A stretch of DNA of 64,000 nucleotides from Saccostrea echinata (Eukaryota): assembly GCF_033153115.1 (NCBI RefSeq), contig NW_026889821.1:2170001-2234000 (forward strand), given 5' to 3'. The stretch's first letter is position 1. Every line of letters begins with the position of its first letter. Below, piece after piece: positions 26,074 to 38,207 of the stretch. Position numbers and translations under genes: made by a program. The notes beneath the pieces are model-generated. The model made no database searches and was not told the origin of the DNA. It saw only the letters and a list, made by a program, of their open reading frames with translations.

Positions 26074-27179
26074 GCCCGTGGTTTTTGGTTGGTATTTTAT
26101 TCATTATATTAAATGCCACAAGATTATTTATACTTCGATAAAATTTAGGGTGTTGGTTAGGGGGTTCAAACAAGCAATCGTTATAAAATACCACAATAAA
26201 TTATCATTTAAGGACAGATCAATTTTTATCCATTTTTATTTTTTGTATCATCTGTCCTTAAGGATATATAACACATTTTTTTTCATAATCAGCAATGTTT
26301 CTCATAGATTTATATTGAAATAGGTAACCTGAATAATGTTTGCCAGGTAAGGTGGGAGAATTTTGTAAGATTTTCATAATGTTAAAAATATAAGTGTTTT
26401 GTATAGAATTATAAAGAAACGACACTAAGTGGCATATTTAAGCACCAAAGAAAACTTACGATTTCTTCAGATCTTAGGGATTTATTATTTATGTAACTTC
26501 TATCCAAAATCATTCAAAAATATATATCAATCCATGCATCAATTATTTGTTTTGTGTTATTATCCTTAAATCAGAATTGTTCTATAAAATTTTTCCGAAT
26601 CCAAATCCCAATGCAATCAACACCAGAAAAAATGTATTTATTTTCAAAACGTTTTGACGTTTATCTTTCCAAAATTAAAGCTGTCGACATCAAGATACCG
26701 GGGGTATTCGATAACTCCTTTCTGCATGTATTTGTGTGGAATTCAACACGATGGCAAATTCAATAAAATCGTCTGAATTATTAAAATTTCTCAAGCCCTT
26801 TCCCAGATTTAATTAAATCAAATGAGGTGTAGGAAATGAAAAGTTCCAATATTTTAATTAGCAATTTACAATTTGTTTGATATCATCATGTATGTTGCAT
26901 TAAAAACGACTTCATATCTTTTGATCTGAACTTTATTGTATGATTTGATATTGATGACTCATTAATCAATTTTGAGTTTAGTAGAGTGTGGGACCAAAGA
27001 TAAGAGAAATACAGGTGGACAGACAAATTGACATGACAATTCCTATATAACCCCCAAAACTTAGCCATGCTTTAGGATATCAAGTAGACATCGTCAATAT
27101 TGCGGTATCTCAACCTGCTAGCATCACTCACATACTTTACAACACAATTTTATGAATATGGCACTCTTATTACATGTTT

Positions 27180-27790
27180 CCTGTTAACATCATTGGTAAC
27201 TCTTTGATAGACGACATCATGTCAACCTTGAACTAGCTGTTTCATCTCATCTAGATAGTTCACTTTAGCAACATCACAATGTTTGTCAGCATCGAGTTGA
27301 CATTGTGTCAACTTTGAAGTGTCTTATTCTGTTTACACCTTTCACATCATCTACATCACAATGTTGGACTGCATCAAGTTGACATCATGTCAGCAGTAAA
27401 TCTTATCATGTTAACATTATTTACGTTATCGGCATCACAATGTTCGACGAAAATGAGTTTACACTTTTAAATTATCAACATTGCATTGTCCTCTTTGTTG
27501 GTTTGGTTACCAACGTTCAAAATATTTTGACACAGAAATACATATGCTTTGAACTTGATATTGTATCAACTTTGTCAACATTGTAATGTTGACAATTTAG
27601 ACATGATAATGATAAACACGATATCCTGTATTTTTGCCATGACAAAGAAATATACATATATATTGTATCAACATTGTTGACATTGCGATGTCGAAGATGT
27701 ATACACAGAAATGAAAAAGATGCAGACAATGTTCATAAGATATTGTATCAATTAACATTCCGATATCAATGATATCAAATTGATAAAGTG
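27180..27790. repeat. Decayed inverted-repeat element with reiterated ACATCACAATGTT..AGTTGACAT motifs
   Basis: The motif is repeated on + at ~27270, 27353 and 27432, and in reverse orientation at ~27560-27790. Ends not resolved. Confidence 0.45.
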
Positions 27791-28158
27791 AACTGGATAT
27801 GAATGAATCAAAATTCAAAACATTTTTGATTTAAATCCAGTTTCATGATTCTGTGACACTGCATGTTTTCCCCCCATTAATATCAAGCATTTTTCTGATT
27901 TTATAGATAAAAAGATGTTATATCTGCATTTAGCATTGCTGTGATTCTCAACCTTAATTCATATCAGGAATATTATAACACAAATATAACTGAAAAACAT
28001 ATTTTAATTTCAATTTTTCTTAAATTAAAAAAAAAAACTTACATAGGAAGAACCAGTACTTAATATGCCATAGGAGTAAACATCAACTTGTACTCAACAT
28101 ATACAGTTCACTCAAATTAAAATTAGGACCTGTCAAGGCATAACTTGTTTGCCTCAAT

Positions 28159-31100
28159 TCATTGTATCTTCTCATAACCACACTGCATCTTCTTTATAAG
28201 CATGAGTGCTTTGAATATAATCTTTCTATCTTCTCTACTCAGATAATTGTAGGGTTCACTGTAGAAAAATAAGGGACGTTCATCTTCCTCTACCTTCAGA
28301 GAGCCAGGTCTATTTGCAGGTGTTTCTTTAATTTTCTTCATGGTTGTTTTTGGAACCTCAAGGTATGTAAATCTTACCTGAAAACACATAATATACATTA
28401 AAGTACAGTTACATGAAGCCCATTGGACACATCTGCTCACCTGAGCAACAATGTCCAAGTATGACCCTAACATTATTTAAGAGTAGTTTTAATACAAAAT
28501 CATATACTGTAGACCAAGTAATACAACAAATATGTTGATATCACAAACATTAAATTGATGCATCCTCTATAATAAAAAAAAAATGAAAAATTCAATCCTA
28601 GTTCAATGTTATTGACAATTTTCTAATTTTTAGATTAATTTTCTTCAGTGATATTTCTTAAGATTAGCAAAATATATACGTATGAAACTCAATGACATGG
28701 TAGGTCATTACATGTAGATGTGCAGTCATAACCTTTTATTGTGTAGTTACTACTTTCAGTCCTCAAAGGAGGTGAATTTTAAAAGTTGAAATTTTCAACT
28801 TCTTTTTTTCTTAAATTTGATATTAGTAGTGTAAATAAAGACTCTTATTAGAATTCTAATTATACATATATCTTTTTTCAAAATTGATTAATCCAATTGC
28901 AAACTCTAGATCTAGATATTTGTCATTTTTTTAATTTGAAGTGATGGTTCTGCTAGCATACTGGTGAGCATGTTGGATTTTAAAGTGGGAAAACCTGGTT
29001 ATATCCCTAGAATGTCATTACAACAAGGTTTCTTGTCCTATGTATAACTTTGATCCCCTGTTGTGACCCACAGTACCTCTGCGGATCATGATTTGAACAA
29101 AGTGGAATCTAAACTATTTGGGGATGCTCCTCTATTAGTATGACTGATCATGGCTTTTCTCTTTTTAAGAGGAAAAATTTTAAAGACATTTTCTATAGAT
29201 GTCTATGTATAACTTTGACCCCCTGTTGTAACCCCATCCTACAACTGGGAGTCATGATTTGAACAAATTTGAATCTACACTATGTAATGATGCTTTAACA
29301 TATTAGTTTCATCTTTTCTGGCCCAGTGGTTCTTGAGAAGAAGATTTTAAAAGATGCCATTAAATTTTTAACTTATTCTTAATAATCTCTCCTTGAAAGA
29401 GGATGTGGCTCTTCTTGTGAACAAACTTATTACCCCCATCACCCAAGGATGCTTTTTTTCAAGTTTGGCTGAAATTAGCCCCATGATTCTGGAGAAGTCT
29501 AAAACTAGAAAGGTTAGAGACCATACGACAGACAACACATGGCAGACAGACAACAGAAACTTTTTGATCAGAAAATCTCACATGAGTCTTCAGCTGAAGT
29601 GAGCTAAAATCAAAGGAAAACTGAACTGGACTATTTAATGATATCAAATTTCTAATCTCTTTCTCCATTATATAATGACTGTCACAACGATATCACACGG
29701 CTCTCAATTCTCTATAATTAGGGCCAATGAACGACCCCATTTCCAATGCAAAAAAGGTACCTCTTTTCCCAAAAGCAAAGTGTAAATTTCCCAAATATTT
29801 TTTTAAAAAATCTTAATCGAAATTACTTATTAATCACCAACAAGTGAAACATACTAGTTCTGTGATAATGGACTGTATAAATTATTGCATGCCACCTATA
29901 TTCATAAAATGGTTCGACTTTGGTAAGGAACCAGGACCAAGGATCATGAAACAGTCTTAGATTTAAGTCAAATTTTCAATCGGTTGTAAAATGTTTATTT
30001 ATTATTGAATTAATATCTAAATTTGCAGAAAACAACACTTTTGGGAAGCAATATTAGCAACTATTTTAATTTTGGTCTGCTTGACTTCTACAACATTTTA
30101 GTATAAAATAAAGATTTTGACTTATGCTTAAGGTGTTTCATGATCCTGGGGCCAGGTTTTCCCAATTTTCCCCAAAATGACAAAAAATTTCCCAATTTGA
30201 ACGGCCCCAGCCCCAGTCCCAAAAAGTGTTGTGAGAGCCGTGATATTATCTGACAATCAATGGTATAAAATCTTTTACATACCCATGTTTTATCAATGGT
30301 AATGCCAAGTACTCCATCATATCTAAATGACTTATCCAGATACACCAAAAGATCTCCTATGTGTTGTGCCCATAAGTTATGATCACCAATGTTAGATCTT
30401 GAAGATGCTGTACCTTGTGATGAGGCAGTGTCACTTTCCCTTGACTACCAAATTTAAAAAATTTATTATTATATAAATATTGCATGCAGTTGAGTGTAAC
30501 ATTGAAAATTTTCACCCCAGGAAAACCATTTTCAACCTAGGCCCAGCTGAGGTTGACAATGGTTCGAGGGGTGAAAATTTTCAATGTTACACTCAACTAC
30601 ATGCAATATTCATTATATACTGAATGTTTAATACAAATACATATAACAGTGAACCTTGCGCGTATAAATTCTTCGCAGTCACTTTTTTTTGGAATATCAC
30701 TCGTCGTCAAGCAATGTTGACTGTTGCTATGCTGGAGGGTGTGGCTTCGTCATTCAGCGGGTAATAGTGTTTTTTAACAAATGTTTCTCGACGCATCAGA
30801 CTCAACTAATTTACTTGAAAGTATAATATCAATAAATCTTTCATTTTCCCTTTCTTTCAGTGATAAGGGGAAGAGGGAGGGTACAATTCCCTGTTGCTCT
30901 ACACATGTCACAAAATCAATATGTCTCCTCCAATATCTTCCACCAAAGAAATTGTGCACTAATATCAAAGTTTTAACATCAAATGATGCACTGTGTAATT
31001 ATTCATAGCTTGACAATGTATATCTTTAGACACTTTTAACTGTCAGAGGTACATATACATCTTACTTTTACTTTCAAACCAGCACAGTTACTGTAATAAA

Positions 31101-34100
31101 AAAAACGGGTGCATAATTATGTCGTTTCTTTAAAGTTAATGAAAATAAAGGGGACAACACATTTTATATGGAAATACATGTACCTAAATCCTGGCTGTAG
31201 TTTTACCTCAATTTTACAAATAACTCAACATTGTTGAAAAAATTAAATTATTTATAAAATTAATATATATCTATTTTTGTTGGGTTTTTTTCCCCTTTAA
31301 TTTCATCTTTCACTGTAATTGACATGGATGGAAATGCATTTAATAATTTTGTTTTGATGTATGTCAAAACATCCAAAAGTGAAAATGTAGCAATAATTTT
31401 AACCAAGAATGAAATGAGAGATATGAAATGCATTAATTTTCCAGACAAAGCTTACAGCTAGACAGACAGACGGAGAGCCATTTAGAGTGTACCACAAGGC
31501 AGATTTTTACAAGAGAATAGAAAATCTAAAATCTTTATTAGAAATAGGTTATTAACTGAATATTAGAAAATAGCCCCAGGTCTTTATGTAATAAAATGGT
31601 AAAAGGAATAGTCAAATCCACACTCTGCAAAAGTTGTGTCCCTTTGCAGGGTCAACCAAAAGTTTAATTGCAAAAGAAACTATGTTTCCCTTTTTTATGC
31701 TACCAATCTTTTGAGCATGCTCTAATAAATCCACTGTAACTTTATTTTTTTTATCTTTTAATATATGGGTAGTCCCATCCTGGTGCAATCATATTACAAG
31801 ATACAAAGAATTTTACCAGTCAAATGGCAAAGTTAAATCCCCAAAACCACAAATGCTAATGTGAGGATAATATGGGTTTTCCCCCATAGATGGCAACAAA
31901 GGGGCATAACTTTTCAAAAATGGGGATCCAACTATTTTACTTGATATTGTCAGTATCTTTGTTTAATAAATATTCTGAAGTACCAAACTTTTCTTTTTAA
32001 TTTTATACACATAATTGGAATCTCTCTGAATTTTGGGTCATGAACTTACAAGTAATTGCAACATTATAGTAAATTCTGAGGCATGTTTAACAATGCAAGC
32101 TCATGAGTGTGTGGGTTTTATGTACAGTGAGGGCTGATACGGCTTTGTAAGAGTCCCCATTTTTTTTTTCTTTACAATTAAGAAATGAATAAAAATATAC
32201 ACCCATGCACACATTAATAATGATGCCCTTCAACAAAAATGTTAATTATTCTGAAGACAGACATACACGTACCATTGCTGTAACTGCTACATCAGGTTTC
32301 ATCTTTTTCTTTGGCGGACACGAAGCATTGTCTTTCTCTGACATGGTCTGCGAATGAATAAAGCACAAAATGATTCTGCGATTCTGCAGAACTATTACCT
32401 GTAGGGGAATAAAGACATTAACAGTGTGTTCTTGTTTTAATTTATAAGACGTATACTGTCTTGTTATTTTAGGATAATGTAGTCTGGTGGTTAAATGTAA
32501 TTGTGACACAAAATTGTCACCCTTGATCAGTCCAGTCCATTTTGAAAAACTGTAATATTACAGTTTTCTGTAATAAAAAAATGTTACATTACAATTTTTT
32601 TCATAATTCATGTATAACTGTATAATGGAAAATGTCTATATTATGGAAACTGTAATATACATGATACAGATAATGCTTGACAAAAATTAAATTCAATCTT
32701 ATAATGCTTTATTACATGGTACATGTATGAATTGTTTTGGTTCCAAATTTCTCTTTTATTTGACTTCAAGGTGCAGGGTCTGAAATTATCCCACAGTATG
32801 ACTTACTTTTTCACTTGCATTGACACAATGCATATTATGAATGTCTATATATATCTCCCACAGAGAAATTTTTGTGGGATTGGCAGTACTTTTCCTGTAT
32901 ATTTTGAAGATTACATACATTGTACCTATTGACTTGATACTGTTCATACATCTCTGGCATCCCTAATTTTGCTTTTTTGTTTGCTCCATGCAACCATCAT
33001 GATTCTTTCATAATGTAACTTCTGCCCTGTCTAATGATTATCCAGCTGATAGTCTTGCATAGTGCTACATTTATAGGTTTAACTTAAGACACATGATACT
33101 CCTTAGGTATCAACTCTACTTCTTCATATACAGTGTAGTAAGAATTAGTACTGGCCCTGCTGTGAGCTAGATTCAAATTTGATCAAGCAACCTGTCTATT
33201 TTTTACAATATGAGGGAGATAACTCTTATTTACACTATATCATGTATATAATGGAAAATTGTAATATTACATTTTTTCATAATGGATTGGACTGTTGATG
33301 AGCATTTTTTTTTCTGCATTGAAAAGTCTCTGACAATACCACTTAACCTATAAAAATACAAATTCAGAAACCTAAATACCATATGGTGGGATTTTTAAAG
33401 CGGTGATGATTTTGAGTAATTGGTAGTGACATGTTTAAATTTTAATCAGTTTAGCACAAAATATAACTTTGATTAGTCTTTTGTTATCAGGCTCTTGACC
33501 ATAAAACTTACGAGAACTTATTTTTTGATCTTGGTCTCACTTTTACAATAGGAATGTATTGTGAGACTGAGATCAAAAATGAGCGCATGTAAGTTTTATG
33601 ACCTTGGCCCTAGATCAAATATCCTCACTCTAAAAAACAAGAGGCCAAAGGGCCTTAACGGTCACCTGAGTATAATACAACAATTTAGAGGATCCATAGA
33701 GTATAAAATGAAATGAAAGGTGAAGCTTTGTTGCCCAAAAGCAAGAAAAATAGGGTGATCGGGATTAACAAAATAATTAGTCTAGTATTCATTAACAGTT
33801 CATAAATTAGGTTCTAATCTGTTCCCCATTTATCACTCTCACCAGACAGTATATTAAGAAACTATCAGTGCTTCTGTATTCTTTTAATTCCTTGTGGAAA
33901 TCTCTTACATTGGCCTGAGTAAGACTCTTGGTCTTTGATGAACATTTAATGTACTGGTATTCCATCCCTAATAGCCTCAGATTCAATGAATTTGAATACA
34001 TAAAAGATGTGTACAGGTGGAATACTCAGTATATTTAGACATAATCTACATTTATTACTATTAGCATGTAAGAATGGAAGTGTCCTAATTTATGACTTGA

Positions 34101-37100
34101 TCTTTGTTGAAGAGTTATCTCCCTCTTTTTTTAAGTAATAAAAATCAATTTTAAAAAAATATACGGTAAAAAAATTGTTTTCAATTGTCATTCTATTTCT
34201 AATGATTTAGACATAGTGGATCTTTCCACCACAGTAGTTATTGATATTCTTATTATCTGAATTTTTATTTTAAAAAAATCGCTTGTCTCCATAGACTTCA
34301 ATGCAATTTCTATTAATTAAATACTGCTTAGTTAATTACGTTTTTGAAACTTTCACTTGGTAAATCCTTTTCTACTGTAAAGTTCTTTGAATTAATATCA
34401 GAGTATTATATACGTGATTGATATTTAAGGATAGAGAATTAGTTCCTATTAGGGATGGAAAACCTTAATAAGACAAGTCTACCTGATCATTAAAACTATG
34501 AAAGTACTTTTTGTATTATACAATAAAAATTCTTACATAATTCTCTTATTCTATTAACCTTTCAAGTACATTATTTACAGTGATTAATTATCACAAGTAA
34601 ATGGCAAAGGGGAATAACTCCTCTCAGTAGAATACAAATTAATAGAGCCCTGACCTGGACTAGAACACTTGACCAAATGGTCTTGATGTTCAAAAATCTG
34701 GTAAAAATACCCTTCCTTATTAAAACTTTTACCCTTTTTGCCTCTGATATGCCCAGGTGCAGAGAAGATTTTTAAAGCATTAATGCATTTTCACTATATA
34801 ATAAATAGAGTCCCGCCCTAACATCAGAACCTCTGATCCAGGGGTCATGAAATTCACAAATTTGGAAAAGGCATCCTTGCTTATCATAACCATGTATTTG
34901 TTTAAATAATACCCAGGAGAAGAGAAGAAGCTTTTCAAAGAAATAATGCACTTTCACTACAGTACCGACCAGACACAACCTAACAGAAAGCGAACCCAGA
35001 GCGCACCCCGGGTTCGCTTTCTGGGTTCGCTTTGGGTTCGCTTGGGGTTCGCTATAGCGAACCCGGAGCGAACCCGCAGCGGACCCCGAGCGAACCCGCA
35101 GCGGACCCAGAGCGAACGCCGAAAGCGAACCCCAAATTCAGTAGCGAACCCAGAGAGCGAACGCGCGTTCGGTGTTGCGTAACAGAGCTGTCAATCAGGA
35201 TTAGCGATAAAACGTGTTAACCAATCAGCGGGTCGACCAATCAGCATGCCAGTTTATCATTCGATGTAAATAAAACATTGTACAAGCAAAGCGTGTTAAT
35301 GTACAGTGTGAAACTATTTTAACATTATCAAAAAAAATAAATTAATATATTTTAATTATCCAGGTAGCATATTATATTTACACATTTATTTATTTATTTT
35401 TTATTTTCAAAATCCATTAATATATATTGCGTAAATTTATCAGACAAAACATACTCTAATGTATAAAAGAAATAAAAAAGAAAGCAATGGTTATTACAAT
35501 TGTTACATAAATAAAAAAAATGGTTTCTGATAAATTATAGCATTTCATCATCTCAAGATACTGTACAAGATTATGTATATGTACGTGCTTTTATTCAATT
35601 ATTTTATGTTTATAATTCTAATATACATTATCGTTTAAATCCAGATCAACATCAAAATAATTGATCTTCTTAACTGAAAATAAAAATAAAAAAAATGAAT
35701 GTACAGAATAAATGTACATGTACTAATATGTCCAATCGCAAACTACTACATTAAGGTACTAATTTGATTAATCTTTTACAAAAAATAATGTATAGCTTGA
35801 TTTAGCTTTTTTTTTTTTAACTGAAATAAAAAGAAAAATGAAGCGCGATTTACATAATTGAACGAACTAATTATCGGAGTAACTAAGCAAAATGGTAAGT
35901 TGTACAATATTGTATTCTCTTAAAATATCGTAACTTTTACTGATAAAGCGTATTTAAGATGTTTAACGATTTTTCTCTGATGTTAATCATGTTAACTGCT
36001 GATTGTAGTCATGGTATTTTTATATCAATACATCAAAAATGTATATTAAAAAAAAAAAAGAAAGAAAGAAAAAAAAACAAATCCCGATACTTACATATAT
36101 TTAGTCGGCAAATGTATACGACATAATTGTCGGGGTTACTTTTCATCCCTGATACTTGTTATTATTTTTTTTATATATATCATTTCTGCAAATGAATGAT
36201 TTTTTAAAACAGATTGCTGATTTTTGAAATTCATAAATGGAAAGATGATTATAGTATAATTCATTTTTAGGCCATTTTTAAAAATCTACCCCCTTACTGC
36301 ATATCATAAAATCCAATTGAATCAAACTTCACGACCAACCTACATGTACATGTATATCATGTGATAGAAAATGCAGCATTCGATCATAAATGACATGTTT
36401 TGCATGTCAAAAACATAAAAAAAAACAATTTTTCCTAAGTCTGATATTTACATAAATAATCATTTGTAATCTAAAATGACTATTAAGTCTTATTTACATG
36501 TAGTTTCAAAAATATTCATTTCTAAATATTTTATTTTTCTTTTAGTTTTATAAGTCGATGAATTTCACCAGTAAATATTTCTAATCTAAAATATCTATTA
36601 AATAAATTAAGCTTTATTTCGTCTAAAAAATATCCACTCCTAAATATTTTGAACTATTTTGCGTACAAAAATTGTGCGTTTGCAGTAACAGTTGTGAATG
36701 ATCGTGTAACATGAAGAATCGTGTGATTGAAGGATTAATCTTGCGAAATCGTTCGTGTAACGTGATCGTTCCTATATGTTGTCAACAATAACGTTGCAGC
36801 CATTGTACATGCACATGTATCGATCGCCTCAGAAATAACAATGATCAATTTCACTACTGTATTTGGAATATACAAGGGGCGGGGCTTACTGGTGGCAAGA
36901 TTAAAGCGGTGTCCGCTTCACGCATGAGTGCATAAAGCGAACGCAGGAAGCGAACGCCGGGTTCGCTCTAGCGGACCCAGAGCTGATCCCGAGCGAACCC
37001 GAAGCGCACCCAAGGCGAACCCAGAGCGAACCCAAAATTTCCGAAAACGGACCCGCAGCGGACCCCGAGCGAACCCAGAAAGTGAACCCGGGGTCCGCTT

Positions 37101-37770
37101 TGGGTTCGCTCTGGTGTTAGGTTGTGTCTGGTCAGTACTGTATATGATCTATATAGCCCCACCCTAGCACCAGAACCCCTGACCCAGGGGCCATGAATTT
37201 CAAAATTATGGTAGAGTCACTCCTGCTCATTATAACTATGTATTCGACTTGTTTCAATAATACCCAGGAGTAGAGAAGAAGATTTTCAAAGAATTAATGC
37301 ATTTTCATTATATAATCAAAAGAGCCCCGCCCTAGCACCAGAACCCCTGACCCAGGGGCCATGAATTTCACAATTTTGGTAGAGTCACTCTTGCTTATCA
37401 TAACTATGTATTCAATTTGTTTCAATAATACCCAGGAGTAGAGAAGATGATTTTCAAATAATTAATGCATTTTCATTATATAATCAAAAGAGCCCCGCCC
37501 TAGCACCAGAACCCCTGACCCAGGGGCCATGAATTTCACAATTTTGGTAGAGTCACTCTTGCTTATCATAACTATGTATTCAATTTGTTTCAATAATACC
37601 CAGGGGTAGAGAAGATGATTTTCAAAGAAATAATGCACTTTCACTATATGATCTATATAGCCCCACCCTAACACCAGAACCCCTGACCCTGGGGCCATGA
37701 ATTTCACAATTTTGGTAGAGTCACCCTTGCTCATCATAACTATGTATTCAATTTGTTTCAATAATACCCA

Positions 37771-37805
<35 letters not shown>

Positions 37806-38167
37806 CTTTCACTATATGATCTATATAGCCCCGCCCTAGCACCAAAACCCCTGACCCAGGGGCCATGAATTTCACAATTTTGGTAGACGGCTCAATGCTT
37901 ATTACAATCATGCCAACAGTTTGACTGCTTGATGTCCAGGAGTAAAGAAGAAGATTTTTAAAGATTGCATTAATTTTGATGGTTTTGGCCCCACCCCTCA
38001 GGCCCCAGGGGGGCAGGGGCCACGAATTTCGAAATTTTTGTTCCCCTTCACCCATAGATGCTATATGCCAAAATTGGTTGAAATTGGTTCACTGGTTCCA
38101 GAGAAGAAGCTGAAAATGTTCAAAAGTTTACGACCGACGCACGACACACGACGACGGACGAAAAGAG

Positions 38168-38207
<40 letters not shown>

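Noticed and set aside
33807-34001. 64-aa minus-strand ORF as an extra gene D exon
   Set aside because: It lies inside the HINE element, lacks convincing splice sites, and the frame is complete without it.
34946-37167. Pro/Arg-rich ORFs and CRISPR-like periodicity at the ends of E1 (also E2 and E3)
   Set aside because: These are short subterminal motif arrays with no unique 25-45-nt spacers and no cas genes, in a eukaryotic context.
37462-38055. 197-aa ORF with repeated KIVKFMAPGSGVLVLG
   Set aside because: Read-through of the ~166-bp HINE satellite units. The same peptide appears at 34772 and 56046 in other repeat copies.
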